From positions 32,110 through 96,109 of the forward strand of contig QFQP01000014.1 of NCBI GenBank assembly GCA_003243425.1: a DNA stretch of 64,000 nucleotides, given 5' to 3'. Source of the stretch: Archangium gephyra. Lineage in GTDB: Bacteria; Myxococcota; Myxococcia; Myxococcales; Myxococcaceae. Within the stretch, counting starts at the first letter, position 1. Every line of letters starts with the position of its first letter. A program made the translations under genes and the position numbers. The notes below the pieces were generated by a model that did not search any database, was not told the DNA's origin, and saw only the letters and a list, made by a program, of their open reading frames with translations. Below, piece after piece: positions 17,502 to 27,908 of this stretch.

Positions 17502-20500
17502 ATGCGGCTCTCGCGCCGTCGCTGGCGTCAGCTTCTCGGAGCGTTCGCGATCATCATGATCGCGACGATTCTGGCGCTGCGCACCGATCGCGCCGGTGAG
17601 CTGGTCTGCGAGGAGCTCCGTGAACGGCTGCCCGCTGCGCTCGACGCCGACGTGGTCATCGGCCGTTGCGCGATCGACCCGCTGACGCTCAACGTGTCTC
17701 TGAGCCGGCTGAGCGTGTTACCGCACGGTGCTGACGTTCCACTCGCTACCGCTGAGTCTGCGAGCGTGTCGTTGCGCGGCCTGTTCCCGGGCGGCGTGGC
17801 GCTGCAAGACGTGGAGCTCATCAAGCCGCAGGTGAACCTCACGTTGCCGCTCCCGGGCCCGAGCAAGCCCATGGAGGGGTGCCCGCTGAGCGTGCTCGAG
17901 AGGCTCCGCGTCGGCAGTCTGAAGATTCGCGATGGCAGCTTCTCCCTGAAGTTGTCCGAACAACGCACGGTGAAGATCGACGGCCTCTCGGTGGACGCCT
18001 CGCTGGGGCGTCACGACGCGGAGTTGACGCTCGATGCGCGCGGCGGGTCGGTGGCGCTCGGTGGAACCTTCGGCACCATTCGCCTCGGCAAGATCGCCGT
18101 CGAAGGCTCGCTCGACCTGCTCGGCGAGACCGCTGAAGTGCAGCGCGCCGAAGTGAACGTGGAAGGCGTGCGGCTCAACGTCACCGGCCTCGTCGATTCG
18201 TTGTGCGACGCGAGGCCCTCGCTCGACTTGTCGGTGCAGACCTGGGTCCCGCTCGATGCGATTCCGCGGCTCGGCGTCGCGCTCCCGGACCCCTCGGGTC
18301 AGTTGCTCGCGCGTGTTCACCTGACCGGCCGCGCCGACGACCCGAAGGCCGAAGGCGAGGTGCTGGGGTCGAAGATCGTCATCGGCAACTTCACGCCGGG
18401 TGACTTCGCGGTGCGCGCGGCGCTGAGCGACAAGAAGGTGGTGCTCGAGGAGTTCGCGACGCGAGTGGGTGACGGCGAGGTGAAGGTCTCGGGCGAGCTG
18501 CGGCTGAGTCAGGGCCTGCCGATCGTCGCGCACGTCGAAACCACCAACGCGTCACTGGGTCACGCGCTCTCTCGCGCCAGCATCAAGGGCGCCTGGGTCG
18601 ACGTGCCCTTGTCGGTGAAGGGCACCATGACGGGCACGCTGCAGCCCGCCCCCAACCTCTCGGGTGACTTCGACTTCCGCAGCGGCGCGTTCATTCTGGC
18701 CTCGCGCGCCTTCGACGGCCCCGTCAGCGCGGGCAGCGACATTCTCGCGTTCAAGCAGTCAGCGGGCCGCTTCAAGTTGGGGGTCTCGAACCAGGCGGTG
18801 ACCTTCGAAGACGCGGTGGTCCGCGTGGGCGAGCGAGAACGCACGCTCGTGAATACGTCGGTGAAGTTGTGGTTCGACTCGAGCCGCGGGATCGACGTGA
18901 ACGCCGTCGCGTCGACCATCGACCTCTCCGACTTCGGGACGCTCGCCGGCCTGCCCATCGCCGGCGTGGGTGACGCGCGAACCACGGTGTCGGTGGTGCG
19001 CTCGAGTGTGCAGGTCGACGCGCAGGCCACCATGCGCGACATGAAGTTCGCGAACTACTCGTTGGGCGTGGTGCAGACCCCCATCACCTATCGCGGCGAC
19101 ACGCTGTCGTTCCCGGCCATCGCCGCGCAGAAGGGCCAGACGCAGTACTTCGGAGATGTGGATCTCTCGTTCCGCAAAGAAGGCCTCTACACCCGCGCGT
19201 CGGTGCAGATGCCAGACGGTCGCGTGGAAGACGTCATCGATCTGCTCGCTGATCTGAGCCCCACCATTCAGACGCTGCGGGGCGGTGTGTTCAGCGGCCG
19301 GCTCAGCGCGCTCGTCGCCATCGACAGCCCGGCGAGCAGGCTGAACGGGGTCATTGCCGCGCAACTGCGTGAGGTCGACTATCTCGACCGCCGGCTCGGC
19401 GTCGGTGAGCTCGTCGCCAACTTCGAAGACGGTGAAGCGCTCGCGTTGAGGCCCACGCGCTTCGAAGGGCCGCAGGGCGTGTTGGACCTCGATGGCCGCT
19501 GGAAGTTCTCGGGCCCGCTCGAGTTCCGCGTGAACCTCGCCAACGGCTCGCTGGCCGAGTTGGTCGACCCGAAGAGCGCGCGTGGTCTGCCGGTCGGTGG
19601 CACCTTCACGGCGCACGCCGAGATCGGCGGCACCACCGACCTCACGCTCATCAACGGCGTCGTGAACTCCGGCGACGTTCAGTGGAAGGGGAAGAGCCTC
19701 GGGCCCCTGCGTCTCGGCGCGAAGGCCATGGGCCGCAATCTCGAGGTGTCCGGCCAGGTGATTCAGGGGCTCACCGGCGCGCTGAAGATGAGCATGCGCG
19801 ACCTCTGGCCGTTCACCGCCACCGCGAACGTCTCCTTCGACGACCTCGAGCCCTTCCTCCCCGATTCTGCGGCCGGTGTGCAGGCGCGCCTGCGCGGTGA
19901 CGTCGAGGTCTCCGGCCCGATGATGGAGATCTCCGACGCTCACGTGTCGGCGATCTTGAACGAGTTCTTCATCGCGCGTGGCGAGGTGAGCGCCTCGAAC
20001 GTCGAGCCGGTTTCCATCGCCTACAAGGCGGGCGCGATCGAGGTGAACTCGCTCAAGTTGCGCGGCCCGACGACCGAGCTCGCGGCCGAAGGGGTCTGGG
20101 GCCCGTCGCGCGTCGATCTCAAGTCGCGGGGCTCCGTCGACCTGCGGCTGCTCTCGACGTTGGTGTCGCAGCTCGAGCGCTCACAGGGGCGAGTGGACTT
20201 CACGGCCGCGTTCTCTGGCCCGGTGGCGACGCCAGCCCTCGCCGGCTCCGCCACGCTGACCGACGCGCGCTTCTCGTGGCGCGGGCAAGACGTCGCCGTG
20301 CGTTCGCTCTCGGGTCGCGCCGACTTCTCGGAGTCGCGCGTGCTGCTTCAGGATCTCAACGGGTTCCTCAACGACGGCCGCGTTCACGCGCGCGGCGACA
20401 TCCGCCTCGACGGTCTGCACATGAAGACCCTCGAGATTCAGACCGACATCGAGGACGTCAGCATTCAGGTGAAGCCCGACGTTCCGGTGACGGTGTCCGG

Positions 20501-21401
20501 CTCGCTGCTGCTTGCGTCACGCAACGCGGAGCTGTTCCAGCTCTCTGGCGGCATCGACGTCGTGAAGTTCCGCTACACACAACCGATGTCGCTCGAGACG
20601 TTGATCGCCAACGCCAACGAAGCGTCGGTGCCCAGCGACAGCAAACCCAACGAGTGGCTGCGGCTCGACGTCGACCTGCGCACCGCCGGCGACGTTCGCA
20701 TCGAGAACGATCTCGCGCGCGCGCGGCTGGCGGGCAAGTTGAAGCTCACCGGCACCAACGTGAAGCCGGTGTTGAGCGGCGTGGTGGAGACGCTCGAGGG
20801 CGCGCAGGCCACCTTCCGTGGCAACACCTTCAACGTGCAGCGCGGTCAACTGCAGTTCAACGGTCTGTGGCCGACGTTTGATCTCTCCGCGCAGTCGCAG
20901 GTGCGTGAATATCTGGTCACCGTGAAGGCGTTCGGCCGCTTCGAAGACCCGAAAGTCTCGTTCTCGTCGGAGCCGGCGCTGCCCGATGCCGACGTGCTCT
21001 CGCTGCTCACGCTGGGTGTCACCTCGCGAGAGCGGCTCAACGAGCGCGCGGGCGCAGGGCTGGCGGCGGAGGCGCTCATGACGGCTTCGGGGCTCGACCA
21101 GCAGGTGCAGCGCTTCCTGCAGCAGAACGTCGGCCTCAAAGATCAACAGGTGCGGCTGACCACCAGCTTCAACGAGGTCACCGGCACCGCCGAGCCCGCC
21201 GTGACCTGGGAGTCGAAGGTCATCAACGACAACCTCAAGGTCGGCGTGGTGCAGCCCGTCACCGGGCGCGGCACCAAGGCGCAGCTCGAGTACCGCATCG
21301 ATCAACGCGTCTCGGCGCGCGCGCAGTGGGACAACCAGAATCAGAACACCTCGGTGGGTAACCCGGGCATCGAGCTCCGGTTCCGTTTCGAATGGGAGTG
21401 A
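17502..21401 (+). CDS. TamB-like translocation and assembly module protein (DUF490-type C-terminus)
   Basis: The start was chosen at ATG 17502 (AAAGGAG 5 nt upstream; the track ORF begins at TTG 17478). It has an N-terminal signal anchor, about 1300 aa of repetitive beta-rich sequence, and a C-terminal region typical of TamB. Confidence 0.8.
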   Translation: MRLSRRRWRQLLGAFAIIMIATILALRTDRAGELVCEELRERLPAALDADVVIGRCAIDPLTLNVSLSRLSVLPHGADVPLATAESASVSLRGLFPGGVALQDVELIKPQVNLTLPLPGPSKPMEGCPLSVLERLRVGSLKIRDGSFSLKLSEQRTVKIDGLSVDASLGRHDAELTLDARGGSVALGGTFGTIRLGKIAVEGSLDLLGETAEVQRAEVNVEGVRLNVTGLVDSLCDARPSLDLSVQTWVPLDAIPRLGVALPDPSGQLLARVHLTGRADDPKAEGEVLGSKIVIGNFTPGDFAVRAALSDKKVVLEEFATRVGDGEVKVSGELRLSQGLPIVAHVETTNASLGHALSRASIKGAWVDVPLSVKGTMTGTLQPAPNLSGDFDFRSGAFILASRAFDGPVSAGSDILAFKQSAGRFKLGVSNQAVTFEDAVVRVGERERTLVNTSVKLWFDSSRGIDVNAVASTIDLSDFGTLAGLPIAGVGDARTTVSVVRSSVQVDAQATMRDMKFANYSLGVVQTPITYRGDTLSFPAIAAQKGQTQYFGDVDLSFRKEGLYTRASVQMPDGRVEDVIDLLADLSPTIQTLRGGVFSGRLSALVAIDSPASRLNGVIAAQLREVDYLDRRLGVGELVANFEDGEALALRPTRFEGPQGVLDLDGRWKFSGPLEFRVNLANGSLAELVDPKSARGLPVGGTFTAHAEIGGTTDLTLINGVVNSGDVQWKGKSLGPLRLGAKAMGRNLEVSGQVIQGLTGALKMSMRDLWPFTATANVSFDDLEPFLPDSAAGVQARLRGDVEVSGPMMEISDAHVSAILNEFFIARGEVSASNVEPVSIAYKAGAIEVNSLKLRGPTTELAAEGVWGPSRVDLKSRGSVDLRLLSTLVSQLERSQGRVDFTAAFSGPVATPALAGSATLTDARFSWRGQDVAVRSLSGRADFSESRVLLQDLNGFLNDGRVHARGDIRLDGLHMKTLEIQTDIEDVSIQVKPDVPVTVSGSLLLASRNAELFQLSGGIDVVKFRYTQPMSLETLIANANEASVPSDSKPNEWLRLDVDLRTAGDVRIENDLARARLAGKLKLTGTNVKPVLSGVVETLEGAQATFRGNTFNVQRGQLQFNGLWPTFDLSAQSQVREYLVTVKAFGRFEDPKVSFSSEPALPDADVLSLLTLGVTSRERLNERAGAGLAAEALMTASGLDQQVQRFLQQNVGLKDQQVRLTTSFNEVTGTAEPAVTWESKVINDNLKVGVVQPVTGRGTKAQLEYRIDQRVSARAQWDNQNQNTSVGNPGIELRFRFEWE

Positions 21402-24400
21402 CTCTGCTCCTGCTGGCGCTGCTCACGCAGACGCCAGAGCCCGACAACGCGCCGGCCACGATCACCGGCGTGGAGGTGCGGCTGCCCGTGGGCGCCGATC
21501 GCAAGCTGCTCGAGCGCGTGCCGCAGCTGATCACCGTGCGCAAAGGCCAGACGTTGTCGCGCCGCGCGGTCGAGCGTTCGATCGAGAGTCTCTTCGCCAC
21601 CAACAAGTTCGCCGACATCGAAGTGCTCGCCCAGGACGGCGAGGGCGGGGTGGAGATCATCTTCCTCCTCGAGCCACGAAAGAACGTCGGGTCGATCTTC
21701 GTCGAAGGCCATCGCGCGCTCTCGAAGAACGAGGTGCTGGCGGTCACCAAACTCGAGCCGGGCGCAGAGTACTGGCCCGAGCGCCTCGAGCAGGCGGGTG
21801 AAGCGGTTCGCGCGTTGTACGTGCGGCGTGGCTACCACGCCGTGCGCGTACGCACCGAAGCGGTGATGGTCGAGGGCTCGCTGTCGGTGGGCTTCGTCAT
21901 CGACGAGGGCGAGGCCGCGCGGGTGCGGTCGATCTCCTTCTCGGGCGAGCCGGGGCTCCCACTGCGTCGACTGCTCGAGGCGATCGATCTCGAACCCGGT
22001 GACGTGCTCGACATGGCGAAGGCCGATCAGGGCCTCGAGCGCGTCCGCAAGCTGTTGCGCGAAGAGCGCTTCTATCGAGCGCGCGTCGACTTGGCGGAGG
22101 TGACCGTCGACGGCCGCCTCGTGGTGCCGATCGTCGCCGGGCCCCGCTACGACGTGGTGTTCAGCGGCAACCGCATGGCGGGTGACATGGCGCTCACCAA
22201 CCTGCTCGCCTACGACGGAGACGAGACGCTCGACACCTCGCTCACGTTGCGACTGCAGCAGCGCCTCGAGCGCTTCTACCGTTATCGCGGGTACCACGAC
22301 GCGCGGGTGCGCGTGTCAGAGGTGCTCCGGCCCGGCGCGCGTGAAGCGGCGCTCGGGTTCGAGATCGAAGAAGGTCACCCGCTGCGCGTGACCGACGTCA
22401 CCTTCGAAGGCGCCGACAAGGTGAACAAGGAAGAGCTGCGCCAGGTGCTGCGCAACGTGGTCGAGGTCTCGGCGCCAGTGGTGAGTCTCGACGTGCATGG
22501 CACCGGTGAGCCGACCGACGTTGCGGGGCGGGTGAGCCCGGAGTTCGCGCAGGTGATGCCCGCGCCTCGCGGCGACACGGTGCTGGTGGAAGAAGCGTGG
22601 CTCGACGCGACCCGGGCCATGGCCGCGCTGTATCGCGAGCGTGGCTATCTCCGCGTGAAGGTCACCTTCGCGGGAGCGGAGATCTCCAACGGCGTCGCGC
22701 GTGGACACTTCGTCATCGAAGAAGGCCCGCAGGCGCGCTACCGCGTGGTGAACGCCGAGGGGCTGCCTCCCGGCTTCAAGTCGGACACGCTGTCCCAGAA
22801 TCGCGTGGGTACGCCGTTCAGCGCCGTCGAGCTGGCGCGCATCGAGCGCGACGTGTCGCGTGAACTCGGTCGACAGGGCTACCTCTTCGCCGACCTCGAT
22901 TCGGGCTTCACGCTCGACGATTCCGGTCAGCAGGCCGACGCGTTTCTCACCGTGAAGCCCGGCCCACAGGTGAAGGTTCGCGCGGTGCTGCCCGTCGGCC
23001 AGGTGCGCACCGCCGAAGACGTGATTTTGAAGCAGGCGACGATGAAGGAAGGTCGACCGCTCGACTCCGAGTCACTCTTCTCGACGCAGGCCAACCTTCA
23101 GTCGCTCAACATCTTCCGCAACGTGCAGGTCGAGATGCTGTCGCCCGAGCGTCCCGAGCCGCTCAAGACGGTGTTGCTCAAGGTGCGCGAGCGCCCTCTG
23201 GTCACGCTCGACCCGTCTTTCGGTTACTTCTTCGCCGACGGCGTGCGCGTCGCAGTCGACGGCGCGGTGCCCAACATCGGTGGCCGCGCCATCACGCTCA
23301 CCGGTCGCGGGCAGTTGAACCTCTTCTTCCTTTCGTACCCGGCGCTGACGCGGCAGATCGACCTGTCAGACCTCGAGCTGTGGCGTCAGATCGGCGGTCG
23401 CCTCAACGCTTCCCTCGACGCGCCCTCGTTGCTCCCCGCGCAGCTCGGCCTTCGCTTCGACGCGGTGCTCGAGCGCGTGTTCCGCCCGCAGTTCCGCTTC
23501 TCGCGCGCGGCCGGCGGCGCGACGTTGAACTGGGCGCACTCGTTCGACAGCGTGCCCCGCATCGAGTGGATGCGGCCAAAGCTCACGCTCGCGCTCACCT
23601 ACGAAATGGAGTGGAGCTTCGTAGAGAGCGTCGGCACCGCGCTCACGTCGATCCCACCGACGAGCCTGGTGGATCAGGAGCGTCTGCGCTTCTTGTTCGG
23701 TGAATACACGCTGCACGGCGTTCGCTTCAGCCCCGCGCTCGACCTGCGTGACAACGCGCTCACCCCGCACCGCGGGCTGTTGATTCAAGGCCTGAGCGAA
23801 ATCACCGGAGCCATTTCGGCGCGCGACGAGCAGCTCAACCCGGTGACCGTGAACTTCCTCAAGTTGAGCGGCCAGGTGACGGGCTACATCCCCATCGGTG
23901 AGCGCGTGGTGCTGGCGGTGTCGCTGCGCGGTGGTCGCATCTTTCCGCTACAGGCGGGGTCGACCACGCCGCCGGTGCGCCGCTTCTTCCTCGGTGGCGC
24001 CACCAGCGTTCGCGGCTTCAACGAAGATCAGCTGATCGCCGAAGACTCGCGCGAGCGGTACCGCAACGACGTGCGCGACTGTCAGGTGCTCGCCGGCAAA
24101 GACGGGTGTTCCTCCGCGGCGAAGACGGTGCTCGCGGGCCGGCAGGTGCCTTCGCAGGGCGGTGAGTTGTTCGGCGTCTTCAAGACCGAGCTCCGCTTTC
24201 CCGCGTTCAGCGTGTTCGACATGGGCGTGTTCTTCGAGGCCGGCAACCTGTGGCTGCAGACTCCGACGACGCTCAACCTGCGGCCGGTGGTCGGGTTGGG
24301 CCTTCGCTACGGCACGCCCATCGGGCCGCTCGCGCTCGATCTGGGCTTCAATCTCACGCCCGATACCTTGATCAACGAGCCTCCAGTCGTGCTGCACTTC

Positions 24401-24418
24401 AACATCGGCGGCTTCTAG
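21392..24418 (+). CDS. Omp85-family outer membrane protein (BamA/TamA-like) with POTRA repeats
   Basis: 1008 aa. It has multiple POTRA-like repeats (e.g. ITGVEVRL...LITVRKGQTLSRRAVERSIESL) and a C-terminal beta-barrel ending in an aromatic residue (HFNIGGF). It overlaps the upstream stop by 10 nt. Confidence 0.85.
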   Translation: MGVTLLLLALLTQTPEPDNAPATITGVEVRLPVGADRKLLERVPQLITVRKGQTLSRRAVERSIESLFATNKFADIEVLAQDGEGGVEIIFLLEPRKNVGSIFVEGHRALSKNEVLAVTKLEPGAEYWPERLEQAGEAVRALYVRRGYHAVRVRTEAVMVEGSLSVGFVIDEGEAARVRSISFSGEPGLPLRRLLEAIDLEPGDVLDMAKADQGLERVRKLLREERFYRARVDLAEVTVDGRLVVPIVAGPRYDVVFSGNRMAGDMALTNLLAYDGDETLDTSLTLRLQQRLERFYRYRGYHDARVRVSEVLRPGAREAALGFEIEEGHPLRVTDVTFEGADKVNKEELRQVLRNVVEVSAPVVSLDVHGTGEPTDVAGRVSPEFAQVMPAPRGDTVLVEEAWLDATRAMAALYRERGYLRVKVTFAGAEISNGVARGHFVIEEGPQARYRVVNAEGLPPGFKSDTLSQNRVGTPFSAVELARIERDVSRELGRQGYLFADLDSGFTLDDSGQQADAFLTVKPGPQVKVRAVLPVGQVRTAEDVILKQATMKEGRPLDSESLFSTQANLQSLNIFRNVQVEMLSPERPEPLKTVLLKVRERPLVTLDPSFGYFFADGVRVAVDGAVPNIGGRAITLTGRGQLNLFFLSYPALTRQIDLSDLELWRQIGGRLNASLDAPSLLPAQLGLRFDAVLERVFRPQFRFSRAAGGATLNWAHSFDSVPRIEWMRPKLTLALTYEMEWSFVESVGTALTSIPPTSLVDQERLRFLFGEYTLHGVRFSPALDLRDNALTPHRGLLIQGLSEITGAISARDEQLNPVTVNFLKLSGQVTGYIPIGERVVLAVSLRGGRIFPLQAGSTTPPVRRFFLGGATSVRGFNEDQLIAEDSRERYRNDVRDCQVLAGKDGCSSAAKTVLAGRQVPSQGGELFGVFKTELRFPAFSVFDMGVFFEAGNLWLQTPTTLNLRPVVGLGLRYGTPIGPLALDLGFNLTPDTLINEPPVVLHFNIGGF

Positions 24419-24430
24419 AAAGGCCTTCGC

Positions 24431-25759
24431 GTGTTCTATCGGCTGGTGCGGTCGATCATCTCCGTGGCGCTGGGGCTCTTCTACCGGCTGGAGATCGTTC
24501 GTCGCGTGAACGACTTCAGTGGTCCGGTGATGTTCGTAGGCAATCACCCCAACTCGCTCATCGACCCGGCGATGTTGTTCGTGGTGACCGACCGGCCGGT
24601 CACGTTTCTCGCGCGTGAGCCGCTGTTCCGCATTCCGTTGATGGGTTGGATGCTGCGTGGGCTCGACGCGCTGCCCGTGTACCGCAAGCAGGACAACCCC
24701 GGGCTCATGGAGAAGAACGAAGGCACGCTCGACGCCGCAGCCGGTGCGTTGCTCTCGGAGCGCGCGATCACCATCTTCCCCGAAGGCAAGTCACACTCCG
24801 AGCCGCAGCTCTCGGACATCAAGACCGGCTGCGCGCGCATTGCGCTCAAGGTGGCGAAGGGCGGCAAGGCACTGCGCGTGGTGCCGGTGGGCTTTACGTA
24901 CGCGCAGAAACACCGCTTCCGCAGCCCGGTGCATGTGGAGGTCGGCGAACCGATTCTCGTGCCCGCGGTGACCGGCCTGACGCCCGAAGCCGAGCAGGAA
25001 TGGGTGCGCTCGCTGACCAACCGCGTGGGCGACGCGATGCGCGCGGTCACGCTGAACCTCGAGAGCTGGGAAGATCTCGACCTGATTCAGACGGCAGATC
25101 GCCTCTTCGCGCTGCGCAACGGCTTCCGCGAGACCGACACCGAGCGGCTCCGTCTCTTCGCCCGCGGAGCGTCGATGTTGCGCGCGCACGACCCGGACCG
25201 CTTCGATGACGTGAAGGAGGACATCCTCAACTTCCGTTCTCGGCTCGAAGTGCTCTCCGCCGATCCCGGTGATCTGGCAGTGCGCTTCGATTCCACGCAC
25301 GTCACCCGGTTCGCGCTGCGCAACGTGCTGTCGCTCATGTTCGGCTTCCCGCTGTTCATCCTCGGCATCGTGCTCTTCGCGATTCCGTTTCTGCTGCTTC
25401 GCGGAATGGCGTTGGCGGTGCCCGTGTCGCGCGATCGTGTCGGCACCATGAAGCTCATCTCCGCGGTGTTGATGGTGCCGGTGTGGTGGACACTGCTGAC
25501 CACGCTCGGGTGGTACTTCTGGGGTCTCAGCGGGCTGGTCATCGTGCTCGTCACGGCGCTGCCGCTCGCGCTCTTCACGCGCTACTTCCTCGAGCGACGC
25601 CGCACGGCCATCGGTGACGCCAGGATGTTCTTCCGCCTCGGCAACAAGAAGACGGCGCGCACGCACCTGCTCGCCGAAGGCGAACGCCTGCAGGAAGAAA
25701 TTCAGCGCCTGGCAGACGAGCTCAAGCCGAAGCTGGACGCGGCGGCTCGTTCGGCCTGA
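24431..25759 (+). CDS. PlsC-family acyltransferase with C-terminal membrane domain
   Basis: 442 aa with a GTG start. It has the acyltransferase block VGNHPNSLIDP and a second block ITIFPEGKSH, followed by C-terminal hydrophobic helices. Confidence 0.8.
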   Translation: MFYRLVRSIISVALGLFYRLEIVRRVNDFSGPVMFVGNHPNSLIDPAMLFVVTDRPVTFLAREPLFRIPLMGWMLRGLDALPVYRKQDNPGLMEKNEGTLDAAAGALLSERAITIFPEGKSHSEPQLSDIKTGCARIALKVAKGGKALRVVPVGFTYAQKHRFRSPVHVEVGEPILVPAVTGLTPEAEQEWVRSLTNRVGDAMRAVTLNLESWEDLDLIQTADRLFALRNGFRETDTERLRLFARGASMLRAHDPDRFDDVKEDILNFRSRLEVLSADPGDLAVRFDSTHVTRFALRNVLSLMFGFPLFILGIVLFAIPFLLLRGMALAVPVSRDRVGTMKLISAVLMVPVWWTLLTTLGWYFWGLSGLVIVLVTALPLALFTRYFLERRRTAIGDARMFFRLGNKKTARTHLLAEGERLQEEIQRLADELKPKLDAAARSA

Positions 25760-26981
25760 ACCAACGTGCGCCAGCGAGCAGCACCAGCCCGCCGATGAGC
25801 ACCGGCAGCGCGTTGATCTGAATCGCCGTCGCGAGCCCGGGACCGCCAGCCTTCTTCGAGGTGTCGCTGATCCACCCGATGATCGCCGGTGACGCAGCGT
25901 CTCCGAGCAGGTGCAGCGTCATCGTGGAGATGCTGAACGCGAACGCGCGGAAGCCCGGTGAGACGACGTTCACGATGGCGGCGTTGAGCGGCCCGTTGTT
26001 CAGGAAGATGAAGAACTGCGCGAGCAGCAGACTGCCAAGCAGCAGGCTCTTCGATTCGGCGTGCACCGCCACGAGCATCATCGGTGCGGCGAATGACAGC
26101 CCGAAGCCGGACATCAACACGCCGCCACCCGGCATTCGCTTCTCGATGCGATCTCCCAGGAAGCCGCCGGCGAGCGTACCGAGCAGCCCGCCCACCACCG
26201 TCGTCGCACCCAGGTACAGCCCTGCGTCGGTGCCGCTGAAGCCGCGCTCCGACTCGAGGAACTTCGGCATCCAATTCGAGAGGCCGCCGATGGAGAACGT
26301 CATCAACGTGAGGCCCGCGGTGACGACCCAGAAGCGGCCGTTGGTGAAGAGCTCCTTGAGCCCCACCATGAACGGGATCTTCTCGACGTGCGCGGCTTCC
26401 ATGCCGCCCCGCTGCGGCTCGGGAATGAAGAAGCACATGAGGCCGAGCACGATGCCGGGCGCACCACCGACGAAGAACGCCGCCTGCCAGCCATGCTTGT
26501 CGCCGACGAAGCCACCGAGAATGAAGCCCGCCGCCGCGCCGAGCGGCATCGCCGTGTAGAAGATCGCGAGCATCCGGCTGCGACGTTCGGGCTTGAAGAG
26601 GTCTGAAATGAACGAGGGCGCGATGGTGCCGTAGCCGGCCTCACCCACCCCCGTCGCCGCGCGCGCGATGATCAACAACACGAACGAGCTCGCGAGCCCT
26701 GAGGCGATGGTGGCGAGGCTCCACACCAGCACCGCGCCGGCGATGAGGAAGTGCCGCGGGAGCCGATCGCCGAGGAAGCCGCCCACGGGCGAAGCGATCA
26801 GGTACACGACCATGAACGTCGTCGCCAGCAGGCCACCGTCGGTGTCGGTGAGATGAAAGTGGTCCTGCACCTTCTTCATCACGCCCGCGAGAATGTAGCG
26901 GTCGGTGTAGTTGAGGAAGTTGATCAGCGTCAGCACGCCGAGCCCGAAGGCCGCGCGCGACGGCGTCACCACGTTGTTCAC
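25722..26981 (-). CDS. MFS transporter (Spinster-like)
   Basis: 12-TM-type hydrophobic profile with the LNYTDRY motif near the N-terminus. The start was chosen at GTG 26981, which forms a GTGA overlap with the upstream stop; the track ORF extends to 27017. Its 3' end overlaps the convergent acyltransferase gene by 38 nt. Confidence 0.8.
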   Translation of the reverse strand: MNNVVTPSRAAFGLGVLTLINFLNYTDRYILAGVMKKVQDHFHLTDTDGGLLATTFMVVYLIASPVGGFLGDRLPRHFLIAGAVLVWSLATIASGLASSFVLLIIARAATGVGEAGYGTIAPSFISDLFKPERRSRMLAIFYTAMPLGAAAGFILGGFVGDKHGWQAAFFVGGAPGIVLGLMCFFIPEPQRGGMEAAHVEKIPFMVGLKELFTNGRFWVVTAGLTLMTFSIGGLSNWMPKFLESERGFSGTDAGLYLGATTVVGGLLGTLAGGFLGDRIEKRMPGGGVLMSGFGLSFAAPMMLVAVHAESKSLLLGSLLLAQFFIFLNNGPLNAAIVNVVSPGFRAFAFSISTMTLHLLGDAASPAIIGWISDTSKKAGGPGLATAIQINALPVLIGGLVLLAGARWFRPNEPPRPASA

Positions 26982-27898
26982 GAAGCCTCCGCGAAGCGAT
27001 CTGCCAGCAGCCCCCAACGCAGGCCGCGATCGCTCACCGTCAACTCCGCCGCGCCGAGCGCACGCATGGCCGCGAGCAAGACGTGACCACCCGCGACGAT
27101 GACGTCGGCGCGCTTGGCCTGAATGCCGGCGATGGTCTTGCGCAGGTGCACGGGCAGGGCGTCGAGGCGCTTCACCGTCTTCTCGAGCTCGTCGAAGGTC
27201 AGCACCGCGCCCTGCACCAACGTCGAGTCGTACGGCTCGATCTCACGCGCCACGGCACACAGCGTGGTCACCGTGCCCGCGAGCCCCACCATCTTGAAGC
27301 GCGCCGGCGGCTTCGGAACCGCGCTGAACTGCTGCGCGAGGTGCGCGTCGATTTCTTCCAGTTCGAATTGACTGGGTGGGTCGGAGTTCACGTGACGCTC
27401 GGTCATGCGCACGGCGCCGACGTCGAAGGAGTGCCGGAAGGAAATCGAACCGTTCGTCTCACCGAAGATGAACTCCGTCGAGCCGCCGCCGATGTCGAGC
27501 ACCACCAAGGGCACGTCGCCGCCGAAGTCGGAGTGCGCCGACGCGAACGACAGCCTCGCTTCTTCTTCACCCGAGATGATCTCGACCGTCACCCCGGCAC
27601 GGGCCTTCGCGCCGTCGAGGAACACGTGGCCGTTGCTGGCGTCACGCGCCGCTGAAGTCGCGCTCACTACGAGCTCGGAAGCGCCGGCCTCACGCGCCTC
27701 TTTCGCGAAGCGTTCGACCACGCTCAGCGTGGCTTCGATGGCCTCGGGCGCGAGCTGCTTCGACTTGTCGACGCCCTTTCCGAGCCGCGTGATCTCCGAG
27801 CGCTCGAGCACCGCCTTGAACTTCTTGTTCGCCCCGCGCTCAGCCACCAGGAGGAGAACGGAATTGGTGCCCACGTCGATGGCTGCGTAGCGACTCAT
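26978..27898 (-). CDS. Ppx/GppA family phosphatase
   Basis: The start was chosen at MSRYAAIDVGTNSVLLLVAE (27898), 10 nt after the upstream gene's stop. The track ORF extension to 28003 overlaps that gene. It has an ASKHA-fold motif LDIGGGSTE. Confidence 0.85.
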   Translation of the reverse strand: MSRYAAIDVGTNSVLLLVAERGANKKFKAVLERSEITRLGKGVDKSKQLAPEAIEATLSVVERFAKEAREAGASELVVSATSAARDASNGHVFLDGAKARAGVTVEIISGEEEARLSFASAHSDFGGDVPLVVLDIGGGSTEFIFGETNGSISFRHSFDVGAVRMTERHVNSDPPSQFELEEIDAHLAQQFSAVPKPPARFKMVGLAGTVTTLCAVAREIEPYDSTLVQGAVLTFDELEKTVKRLDALPVHLRKTIAGIQAKRADVIVAGGHVLLAAMRALGAAELTVSDRGLRWGLLADRFAEAS

Positions 27899-27908
27899 CG
27901 CGCGCACG

